Source of the DNA: Promethearchaeia archaeon
GTDB taxonomy: Archaea > Asgardarchaeota > Lokiarchaeia > Sigyniarchaeales > SOKP01
Reading direction: 5' to 3'
Assembly: GCA_029856105.1 (NCBI GenBank)
Contig: JAHQWH010000189.1
Location: 54,263-118,262 of the forward strand
DNA: 64,000 bases
This document shows, one piece after another, positions 19,557 to 27,913 of this stretch; position 1 is the stretch's first letter; the number at the start of each line of letters is the position of its first letter. The position numbers were made by a program, and so were the translations under genes. The notes under the pieces are model-generated. The model did not search any database. It had not been told where the DNA came from and was given only the letters and a program-made list of their open reading frames with translations.

Positions 19557-19751
19557 GCCTAAAATCCACTTGCTATATTTAAAATGAATAATTTATATCA
19601 GTTAAAAAGAGTAATTAAATAAATTAAACATCCCTAAAAAATTTTTCGATTTCCGTCATTCTACGCATTGAAAAAGCTAAAATTTTTTAGTTTTAATCTC
19701 TTTTTACTTAATAATTAAGAAACTTAGTATTTATTAATCAGATGATTTTTT

Positions 19752-20365
19752 ATGGGAAGGAGAAAAAGAAAGCAACAATCTTATAAAAGAGTCAAAACAG
19801 TCCCCAAAATTTTTACTTGCCCAAACAGGTAATTATGGTTTTCCCATTTACCTTGGATTGTGGGGAAAAGGCAATAAAAGTAGAAAATTTACGAAAAAGT
19901 GTTATAGCTACAGTGAAATGTGGTCATTGTGGTTTAACAAAGGAAGTTCTGGTTAATTCCATATCAGAACCTGTTGATGCTTTTGGAGATTTTATTGATA
20001 TTCATTATGCTGATCAAGAACTTCAGAGATTAGAAAAACGCATTGAGAAATTAATAAAACAAAACGAATGGGGGGAACTTGCATTATCCTACTCAATTTT
20101 ATCGGATATTTGTAAACTTAAAGTTGTTCAAGCTTTAGAAGACGAAGATAAAGTAGATCTTGATGAGGTTAATAAATGGAAAATTAAAGTTGAAGAATAT
20201 AAAAGGCTTGAAAAAGATGCTCTACTTCAATTAGACACGCTTGAATTGGAAAAGGGTATTAGAACAGACGACGAATCTTTATTTTCAGAGCACGATGAGA
20301 GTGATATGAAAAAAGAAAAGAAAATTGAAGATATCTTTGACGATCCTGGTTTTCTTGAATTTTAA
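19752..20365 (+). CDS. elf1: Transcription elongation factor Elf1 with C-terminal extension; split gene join(19752..19826,19859..20365), 193 aa
   Basis: Exon 1 MGRRKRKQQSYKRVKTVPKIFTCPN + exon 2 CGEKAIKV...KCGHCGL...EPVDAFGDFID gives the Elf1 basic N-terminus, both CxxC knuckles and the EPVD..(G)DFID motif. Confidence 0.9.
19827..19858 (+). other. 32-nt bulge-helix-bulge intron in elf1 mRNA
   Basis: CCAA/TTGG 4-bp central helix, 3-nt bulges ACA and ATT, intron stem GGTAA/TTACC + ATGG/CCAT, exon stem CTTGC/GTGGG + TTTT/AAAA; removal restores the frame and CPNC. Confidence 0.88.
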
Positions 20366-20379
20366 ATAAATTGATTTCT

Positions 20380-22119
20380 TTAATTAAGCACTTTGTGTTC
20401 AATTCTCTTTTTAACGGTAAGCGGAATATGTTTCCAAATCGGAAGTTTTAAGATTAAATTGAAAAAGCGAGTTCGATTCAATTTTTTTTTTAAAATAAAG
20501 TAACTCCAGTTGTAAAATGCTAATTTATTAAAGAGATTCATTAAGTTCACACCAAATAGATTATATCTTGAAGTTAGAAAACTTGCTAAATATGCACCTA
20601 ATCGCTTATTTCGTGGGATTGATTCAGGATATACTGATTCTGATAGAGGTCTATTGAAAATTTCATAAATTGAAAAAATGGGTATAAGATCATCTAAATA
20701 TTCATTTACAATTATATTATAATTTGAGTTCTCTAACGATAAAGCAGAAAGCTCATTTAATTTTTTTAAGGCAAGATTAAATTGTTGTTCCTTAAAATAA
20801 AGCCACATAGTTCCCATTGTATCTCTCAATTTCACTAACTCATCGATAATTTCCTTTTCTTTAAAAGAAAATGAGTTTTTTTTCTCGAAATGTGTTATAT
20901 AAAGTAAAAATATTGAATAAATAGAGGTATTATCAAATTCAGTTAAAATATTATTTTCCTTAGCCTTTTGGAGATCAATTTCATTATTTGATTTATTATG
21001 GATAGAATGAGTATATAATGGTATTGTCCATAACATTTTCAAAATTTTTTCCATCAGTCGAATATGGAGCGTATATTCTTCAATTTTTGAAAATTTTTGA
21101 GATCGCTTCAAACTAGGAACTGAAAAGGTTTTAGATTGATCGATTCTAAATTTAAATCTATTAATTCTCTTTAATTTATTAATCAATTCTTTTCTTTGTT
21201 TTTTATTTATTAAAATCTTTTCAATTAGCAACTTCTTTATTGATATTAACTTCTTTATGTAGATATAGAAATCTACATTGTATTTTTTTACAATATAATC
21301 GTGCGTTATTAAAGGAATGCTTATTGTTTGTTTTTGGGTTTTAGTCTCAATACTCATTGCATGGTCCCCTATAGTATATGAAAATGTAATTGTTTCAAGA
21401 GCTTCTTCTAAACGGGAATATACACCTAACTTTTTTGGATCGTGTGTGAAATAACCGTGCAAGAGAGTATCGATTCCTTTAAACATATTATTTTCATATT
21501 TTGAAATTATAACAGATTCAAATTCACCAGGATGATGCCTTTTAATGCCGTACCGTTTACCCACAAGAAAGATTGCTTGATTAGCTCTATGACATATGGT
21601 ATGAGACCACCTAAACAATGGTTCTAATATTTTTCCAATTGTTAATAAATATCCATAAAATTCTGGTCCAAAATAGATAGGGAATCCAAAACCTCGAGAT
21701 GTTGAAAATGTAAATTGGAAAACATTCCTTGTTTTCTCACCTTTTAGAAATCCGGGAAATTTATAGTGTAAAGCTAATCTGGGATAAAGTGCTCCCAAAC
21801 CCAAATTCATCCACATCTCAAATAGAATTATGCTGTCAGGAAATTTGAATGAATCTTTTTTGATTAAGAAATCATCTCTCGATGTGTTTAACGCAGTTGG
21901 AATAGCGTAGAGCCAATCTTTATTGCTTTCTAAAGGATTTAGGCGGTTTTTAAACTTTTTTACCAACAATCGTTTTTTCTGGTTTTGTACTATAGCTTTT
22001 TTATAATAATAGTTATTCAGAACTCTAAAAAGAGAAGGAATTTCTAGGATTTGTCTTTGAAGATCATGAACTACTTTTACTTTAATAACTCCTGAATTCT
22101 TATTTGAGGATTGCTGCAC
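20380..22119 (-). CDS. Hypothetical protein (579 aa)
   Basis: Long uninterrupted ORF, no recognised motif. Confidence 0.75.
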   Translation of the reverse strand: MQQSSNKNSGVIKVKVVHDLQRQILEIPSLFRVLNNYYYKKAIVQNQKKRLLVKKFKNRLNPLESNKDWLYAIPTALNTSRDDFLIKKDSFKFPDSIILFEMWMNLGLGALYPRLALHYKFPGFLKGEKTRNVFQFTFSTSRGFGFPIYFGPEFYGYLLTIGKILEPLFRWSHTICHRANQAIFLVGKRYGIKRHHPGEFESVIISKYENNMFKGIDTLLHGYFTHDPKKLGVYSRLEEALETITFSYTIGDHAMSIETKTQKQTISIPLITHDYIVKKYNVDFYIYIKKLISIKKLLIEKILINKKQRKELINKLKRINRFKFRIDQSKTFSVPSLKRSQKFSKIEEYTLHIRLMEKILKMLWTIPLYTHSIHNKSNNEIDLQKAKENNILTEFDNTSIYSIFLLYITHFEKKNSFSFKEKEIIDELVKLRDTMGTMWLYFKEQQFNLALKKLNELSALSLENSNYNIIVNEYLDDLIPIFSIYEIFNRPLSESVYPESIPRNKRLGAYLASFLTSRYNLFGVNLMNLFNKLAFYNWSYFILKKKLNRTRFFNLILKLPIWKHIPLTVKKRIEHKVLN

Positions 22120-22293
22120 TGAATTAACCGAATTAAAAACAAATAATTTCTTACTTTGATATATTTGTTTATCAATTTTAATTTTAATTGATTTGAACTA
22201 TTCCTAAATTAAATTATTAAAAAGTGAAAATGAGTTGTTTTTCTAATCCCTATTTCCAAGTAAACTAAATGGATTTAAAGTTAAAATTGATTT

Positions 22294-22752
22294 TCATTGG
22301 GTGTTTCTTTTAGCGAATAAGGATTTTAACTCACCCATAATAGCCCCTCTTAAACTTACAGGGCTGGCTGGACGAGCTCCGCCAGGACCTCCGGGCGGTG
22401 GTGGACCTCCAGGTGGGCCTCCAGGTGGACCTCCAGGTGGACCTCCAGGTGGACCTCCAGGTGGGCCAGCTGGGGGCGGTGGGGCACTACTTGGGGCTGT
22501 AGGCGCAGCAATGACTGGAGCTGCCCCCGTACCTCTCGTTCTAAGTGCCGAAACATCATTATTTATAGAATTGATTCGCGATTCTAATGTTGACATTCTT
22601 TGACCAACAACCGCTAAAGATTGATCTACTAAATCTGGTATCCTTAGAATCATTGACATCATTTTTTCAACAATATCGCCAAACGTATTCAATTTTTCTT
22701 CAAGAGGGGCTTTTTTTGTTTCTTGCATGAAATTTGCGAATTCTTCGGCCAT
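22294..22752 (-). CDS. Coiled-coil + polyproline + C-terminal amphipathic helix protein (WASP/VASP-like architecture)
   Basis: N-terminal heptads, APPPPAGPPGGPPGG...PPPPGG tract, C-terminal LRGAIMGELKSLFAKR. Confidence 0.85.
   Translation of the reverse strand: MAEEFANFMQETKKAPLEEKLNTFGDIVEKMMSMILRIPDLVDQSLAVVGQRMSTLESRINSINNDVSALRTRGTGAAPVIAAPTAPSSAPPPPAGPPGGPPGGPPGGPPGGPPGGPPPPGGPGGARPASPVSLRGAIMGELKSLFAKRNTQ
22400..22467. repeat. Coding 12-bp tandem repeat (GGTGGACCTCCA) x about 5.7, encoding (GGPP)n
   Basis: Units start at 22400, 22412, 22424, 22436, 22448 and 22460, with A/G wobble variants. Confidence 0.95.
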
Positions 22753-22894
22753 TTTACTCTCTCTAGTTTTATTAATAACGAACTTTCTTGTTAATTTTCT
22801 ATTAATTATATATTTGAACTATTTAATAAATTTAAGCTCATACAAATTACAACTTAATTTAAAAAAAAATTATAAAAAAATATAAGGTATTTAC

Positions 22895-23518
22895 TTAACT
22901 AGTTTTATTGACGGCATTTTTTAAATTAACCCAGAGATCATCAACTTCATTCTTAACTTGTAAAAATTGATTAATTTTTTTTAATAATACATCCCTTGCG
23001 CGATCAAAATCTCTTTGGGAGTCGTTCAATTCAGCCTCTAATATGTTTATCTTTTCTCCTTCGATTAAATCGTTTTTCCTTTTTTCGACAGATAACGCTT
23101 TTTTAATAACAACGCTTCTTTTACTGGCTACATCGCCTAAGGCTGCAGCAAACTCATATTTTTTTTCAATTAAATATTCTTTTTTTACTGCGAGATCCTT
23201 TATTGAATCTATGTATTTTTTATTTACTTCGATATATTCGTCATTTTTATGGATGATTTCTTGAAAATATTTGACCTCCTCGTCTTTGATATTTGATCTT
23301 CTCTCTCTTACTAGAGTTTGCATTTGCTTTAATACATCTCTAAAAGTCCTATTAACCATATCTCGTGTAAGATTTACTTTTCTCAGGTTATCAGCGTATT
23401 TTTTTTGAGAATCGATTAATGTAGTCTGGGTTTTCGCTAATTTTTTTATTTGGCTTACTAGCGCCTTCTCCATGTTGGCAAGTTCTAGTTCGTCTTCATG
23501 CGTAATTATGGGGCTCAT
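22895..23518 (-). CDS. All-helical coiled-coil protein, BAR-domain-like
   Basis: About 200 aa of three long helices; C-terminal EKINILEAELNDSQRDFDRARDVLLKKINQF recalls helix 3 of SNX/Vps5-type BAR domains. Confidence 0.55.
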   Translation of the reverse strand: MSPIITHEDELELANMEKALVSQIKKLAKTQTTLIDSQKKYADNLRKVNLTRDMVNRTFRDVLKQMQTLVRERRSNIKDEEVKYFQEIIHKNDEYIEVNKKYIDSIKDLAVKKEYLIEKKYEFAAALGDVASKRSVVIKKALSVEKRKNDLIEGEKINILEAELNDSQRDFDRARDVLLKKINQFLQVKNEVDDLWVNLKNAVNKTS

Positions 23519-23781
23519 AAATTTATAAATCTCCTATGTTTTGAAAAAAAATTTTTATTCTATAGTATAATATAAATCCTTCTGATAAATATATCTTTTT
23601 TGTGCATTATTGCTGATTCAAGTTATAAGTAATCATCCATATCTTTCTGATTATCTTGAGTGTTAAAAAATTTATTATAATCTATTTTCGGGATTATAGG
23701 CAATCTTTTTATTTGACAAGTGATCATATTTAGTAGTTATATACTGTTGTATATATTGTATAATTCCATAATATTTACTTA

Positions 23782-24825
23782 CTATCTATAAGGAAAAATG
23801 GCAGTAAGAATATTATTTTTATAATTTGCTTTTATCACTTTAGCCTTAATATATTTTCCTATCAATACTTCGGAGAAAACGAGTGGTTTTTTCAATAATA
23901 TTTTAATTCCCAGAGAATCGTTGATTTTCCCTATGCACTCGTTTTTCCATCTTCCCCCGGAAACGATTTTTACTTTAATAAGGTCATCCTTCTTAAATTC
24001 TAACATGGATGTTTTCGTTCTTTTATGAATACCAAAGTCTCTAGGCCCAAGTTTTAGTTTTATTTCGTACTTTTTTTCTAGTTTGGATAATTGTAAATAA
24101 AAATAACCCCATGATTTTGGTCGAATTTTTTTTAATTTTCTACCTGTTTTGTAAATTAAATATTTTTGGATGCCAATTTGAATTTGTTTCTCAGAATAAC
24201 CTTCGCTTCTTAAATTAATGATCAACTTAATAATATCTTCTATATCTTTGTCGTTCTCTCCTGGAAACCAAACGGGTGCAATTAAAACATTAATGTTAGA
24301 ATCCAAGAGGGAATAAATATTTTTTAAAAGGCTACCAACATCATATTTTGCACAATTGCATAAATAACAAGCAGTTTCCTCCTTTAGGCTATTTAAACTT
24401 ATGTTAATTCGCGTTAAGTTGCTCTTTTTCAATTTATCAATAATATTTTTCGATAGTAATAATCCATTGCTTTGCATTGAAATAGTTGTTACTCCTTCGA
24501 TATCAGAAAGATTTTTTACCAAATTAAAGAGTTCCCTATATAACAACATTTCACCGTAAGGTGCCAGATGAATCTCGATGTTATAATTTCCTTTCATTGT
24601 TATGGCTTCTTTAACTTTATCTATTAAATAATTTGAATCTATCACGAAATTAGTGTCGTAATCACCAGAACTTACGAAACAATACCTACAACGCAAGTTA
24701 CACTGTGTTAAGGGTTTAAGTTCAAGAATGTTGGTCCCTCTGTCAATTATTCCTAGAAAATCAACGCCTGCTAGTGGAATTTCCGAAGTTCTATCGACAT
24801 AATTTATGTTTTCATTCATAATCAA
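23782..24825 (-). CDS. Radical SAM protein with C-terminal TRAM-like domain (COG2100-like)
   Basis: GIIDRGTN, CNLRCRYC, SMQSNG, beta-rich C-terminus. Confidence 0.9.
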   Translation of the reverse strand: MIMNENINYVDRTSEIPLAGVDFLGIIDRGTNILELKPLTQCNLRCRYCFVSSGDYDTNFVIDSNYLIDKVKEAITMKGNYNIEIHLAPYGEMLLYRELFNLVKNLSDIEGVTTISMQSNGLLLSKNIIDKLKKSNLTRINISLNSLKEETACYLCNCAKYDVGSLLKNIYSLLDSNINVLIAPVWFPGENDKDIEDIIKLIINLRSEGYSEKQIQIGIQKYLIYKTGRKLKKIRPKSWGYFYLQLSKLEKKYEIKLKLGPRDFGIHKRTKTSMLEFKKDDLIKVKIVSGGRWKNECIGKINDSLGIKILLKKPLVFSEVLIGKYIKAKVIKANYKNNILTAIFPYR

Positions 24826-24837
24826 AATTTTTCTTAT

Positions 24838-25911
24838 TTACATTTTATACCTTAAAATAGCAATCAGAGATCCTAAATTAATAATCTGTTGTCCTGTCGG
24901 GTGTTCACTACTTAAAATATGAACTTTACCGCCAATTTTTTCGACACCATTAATGATACTTTCGATTTTTAATTTTTGTTCTTTTGATGCCCCTCTAATT
25001 AAAATATCGGCGCAAAATAATTCCTTTACAGCACCTTTTTCTGTGGCATTAGAAATCTCGTCAAAACCAATGGCAATAATATCTGAGTTTGTACTAAACA
25101 AATTTAATATTTCTTCAATTTTTTCGGTTTCTTGTAATATTTTTACATTTTTTTTTATAATTTTTAATTCTTTTGATTTTAAAGTCTCTAATATGGCACT
25201 TTCAGTTCCGGAGCTGGCTTGAATGCTATAGATTTTTGGTAGATATGTAGATTGTGTTTTTTCTTTAAGAAATTGATTGAAATGATCCTTTGTACTTCCA
25301 GGGCCACATATAAGGATTGTGTTTATTTTTATATTCTTTATATTTTCGTCGATAAGTTTAAGAATCTCACCATAAAATTCTTCGTACGCTTTATTTCTAT
25401 AAGATTGTTCATATCTTTTACCAGGAATATTTTTTTTTATAGTGGCTAATCTATTATGACTGAAATTTGTTATTATAGCTATAGTAGCTAAACCTGTCTC
25501 AATTGCAATTATTAACATTATAAAATCAGTTTCGAATTTGGACGATTCATTAAGACGTTTTATTTCGCTCTTTAACCATTTTTCTTTAATTATTGTTAGT
25601 TTTTGGTTAGGTTCAATATTAAAAGTGTGATATTTTCCAAAAGTGATAAAATCCTCCGGGCCTTCTAAGATAGTACCTTTTACTCTTAATCTATTTGAAA
25701 ATTCATGAAAAGCGACTGATTCAACTTTTAATTTCAAGTACATTGGTTTTCTTTCTCCTTTAGAACCTTCCTTTAAAACAATTTTTCTGTACGTTCGTGC
25801 TGAAATTTTATCGTTTTTAGCTATTATGTTATAGAGCGTCCATAGATCGTTTAAGTCCTCTGTTTTAACAGTAATTACTTCTTTCTTTTTATCTATTTCC
25901 AGAATTTTCAA
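24838..25911 (-). CDS. pelA: mRNA surveillance protein Pelota
   Basis: EDLNDLWTLYN, FHEFSNRLRVKG, GKYHT, CGPG, SSEHPTG..I..LG...AILRY. Confidence 0.96.
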   Translation of the reverse strand: MKILEIDKKKEVITVKTEDLNDLWTLYNIIAKNDKISARTYRKIVLKEGSKGERKPMYLKLKVESVAFHEFSNRLRVKGTILEGPEDFITFGKYHTFNIEPNQKLTIIKEKWLKSEIKRLNESSKFETDFIMLIIAIETGLATIAIITNFSHNRLATIKKNIPGKRYEQSYRNKAYEEFYGEILKLIDENIKNIKINTILICGPGSTKDHFNQFLKEKTQSTYLPKIYSIQASSGTESAILETLKSKELKIIKKNVKILQETEKIEEILNLFSTNSDIIAIGFDEISNATEKGAVKELFCADILIRGASKEQKLKIESIINGVEKIGGKVHILSSEHPTGQQIINLGSLIAILRYKM

Positions 25912-26063
25912 ATAGATTATCTAACTCCAAATTTTAAATTTATATAATTAATGTATATATAATTAAGTATAGCATAAATCAAAAGACTAACTGTCTAAGG
26001 TTCTAATATCTTGGATAAAATAAAGAAAAAAAATAATAAAATACAACAAAAACAAAAAATTTG

Positions 26064-26216
26064 TTATTCTGCTCCTAAGGCTTTTTTGACCTTTTCTAAT
26101 TCTTCCATTCGTTTCTTTTTCTCTTCTTCGCGTTTTTTTAGTTCTTCATCGTCAACTTTTTGGAGCGAAACACCTTTTTTAATTTCTTCTTTTAATTCAT
26201 TACCTAATGGCGTCAT
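26064..26216 (-). CDS. 50-aa WH2/beta-thymosin-like peptide; below ORF-track cutoff
   Basis: ATG at 26216 with GGTG upstream; MTPLGNELKEEIKKGVSLQKVDDEELKKREEEKKKRMEELEKVKKALGAE. Confidence 0.8.
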   Translation of the reverse strand: MTPLGNELKEEIKKGVSLQKVDDEELKKREEEKKKRMEELEKVKKALGAE

Positions 26217-26324
26217 TGTTATTCAACACCTTTTATTTTAATTACTTTTTTGGGTACAATTTTAATACTTTTTATACACAAATTATAATAGAATTTATTT
26301 ATAAGTCTTGGTTTTTAGATAATA

Positions 26325-26771
26325 TTAAATATTCAAAATCATTAAATAAGCGCTTTTCTTTTGCCGGTAATAGTTCTCTATTTTCTGTACAATCCGGAAG
26401 CCAAATTTTTGATACAACCAAATGGCAACTTTATTTTTAGAGTTCACATTTAAAACTATTTCTTCAATATTGTTCATTTCTTTTATTTTATTTAAAGTAT
26501 ATTTTAATAGATATGATCCATAACCTTTATTCTGATATTGTTTTCTAATAAGTAAATTAATTAAATTTATTCGATCTTCTCGATCTTGAATAACAATAAT
26601 GAATCCAACAATTTTATTTGAAATATCATCTTCTATCAACTTTAAAAAGAAAGTGTTATTTATGATAAGATTGAGGATTGAATTTTTAGAAAAAGCATCT
26701 TTCTCGAAAGTATTATTTTCCAATCTGAATATTTCATCTAAATCCTTTATACTAACAGTGTTAATTCTCAT
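26325..26771 (-). CDS. rimI: RimI/Ard1-type N-terminal acetyltransferase (GNAT)
   Basis: YQNKGYGSYLL acetyl-CoA motif, LNVNSKN..AI.LY.KFGF, ENYY. Confidence 0.88.
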   Translation of the reverse strand: MRINTVSIKDLDEIFRLENNTFEKDAFSKNSILNLIINNTFFLKLIEDDISNKIVGFIIVIQDREDRINLINLLIRKQYQNKGYGSYLLKYTLNKIKEMNNIEEIVLNVNSKNKVAIWLYQKFGFRIVQKIENYYRQKKSAYLMILNI

Positions 26772-27913
26772 TAAACTCCCAACTCTTCCTTAAATACCTT
26801 GATTGGTGTTTTTTCGGTTATTTGTTGGTATTCCTCTTCTCGAAATGGTGTTATTTCTACGATATATCCTTTTAAATTATTTTGATCAATTAACTTTACC
26901 AAATCTTTCTCGATCGCGAATGATAATGGTAATTTTATATTTAACCCATCATAAGATAGAAACTTACGAGGGACTTTTAATTGATTTAATAATATATTCT
27001 TAAACTCTTTTATTTTTATTTTATCACCTTCTATTTGAGCGAATATTAACAAACCATCCTCATTTATTTCCTCATAAGGTAATTTTATAGTTTTTGCTCG
27101 CCTTAAGTACCTTTCCCTCAATTGCCAATAATCCTTGGCAATAATCGTACAAAAATGAATTTTTATCTTAACTTTTGGAGCGATTTTTTTTATTAAAGTA
27201 ATTGCAGTTTCATTACTATACTCTACAGAAGCTATTGTACCTTCTTTCAATTTAAAACCGCGTTCTTTTAAGCTTTGACTATTTGGTGAACAATACTCAA
27301 ATTCGTTCAAATTGATAAATTCTGCACCTATTTCATCTAAATAAAATATCAATTCTTCAAGATTTTCAACATATTCCTTTTCTGGAATTACCGGAACCTC
27401 AGCGCCTACAGACATACCCTTATCCAATGCGTATTTTATAACGTTCCAATTTTCTTTTGGTGGGTTGAATCTAATTTCGTCTAATCCTGCTCGAGCAAGA
27501 CTAATTGCTTTTGATTCGTTAAAATTAAGACCATTTGTATAAATGTGAACATGAAATTTTTTCCCCTTTTTCGCTTTAACATATTTAATAAATTCTATAG
27601 TGTTTTCGAAGTTGGGCTCAAATAAGGGATCCCCTCCAGTGATGCTCATACCTTTTGCTTTAATTTTATTAAGCTCGTCTAATAATTGCTCTTTAGAACT
27701 AATTTGAATTTCGTTAGCATAAGTTAAATTTTTATTTTTTCTCTTTTCAGATATCGGACAATACCACCAACAATGTTTTGGATTCTGACAGATTCCGTTT
27801 AGGAATAACACGGCTTTTGTGCCATTTAAACAGTACTGACACCCTTTGGGAATTCCCCTACTCTTTACGAAAAATGTATTTGATTTAGATTCTACTAGAT
27901 TAGGCTCGCTCAT
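26771..27913 (-). CDS. Radical SAM protein (COG2108-like)
   Basis: GIPKGCQYC, GICQNPKHCWWYCP, ITGGDP, HIYTNG, LDEIRF, NLNEFE, HFCT. Confidence 0.88.
   Translation of the reverse strand: MSEPNLVESKSNTFFVKSRGIPKGCQYCLNGTKAVLFLNGICQNPKHCWWYCPISEKRKNKNLTYANEIQISSKEQLLDELNKIKAKGMSITGGDPLFEPNFENTIEFIKYVKAKKGKKFHVHIYTNGLNFNESKAISLARAGLDEIRFNPPKENWNVIKYALDKGMSVGAEVPVIPEKEYVENLEELIFYLDEIGAEFINLNEFEYCSPNSQSLKERGFKLKEGTIASVEYSNETAITLIKKIAPKVKIKIHFCTIIAKDYWQLRERYLRRAKTIKLPYEEINEDGLLIFAQIEGDKIKIKEFKNILLNQLKVPRKFLSYDGLNIKLPLSFAIEKDLVKLIDQNNLKGYIVEITPFREEEYQQITEKTPIKVFKEELGV

Noticed and set aside
19826-19834. CAG|GTAATT resembles a spliceosomal 5' splice site
   Set aside because: No downstream AG acceptor restores both the frame and CxxC, whereas BHB cleavage does so exactly; treated as coincidence.
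19817-19858. ORF-track N-terminus MPKQVIMVFPFTLD (TTG start) as the real start of the 182-aa protein
   Set aside because: It lacks the first Cys of the Elf1 knuckle and the basic N-terminus, which lie in another frame from ATG 19752; it reads through the intron.
19811-19860. Programmed frameshift or pseudogenisation as the explanation for split elf1
   Set aside because: A frameshift would leave about 10 extra residues inside the CxxC knuckle, and random decay would not produce a perfect BHB at the break.
22301-22603. Alternative-frame ORFs over the 12-bp repeat (22301+ Pro/Gly-rich; 22356- HLEV repeats), or a CRISPR-like array
   Set aside because: Shadows of the GC-rich coding repeat; the units are contiguous with no spacers.
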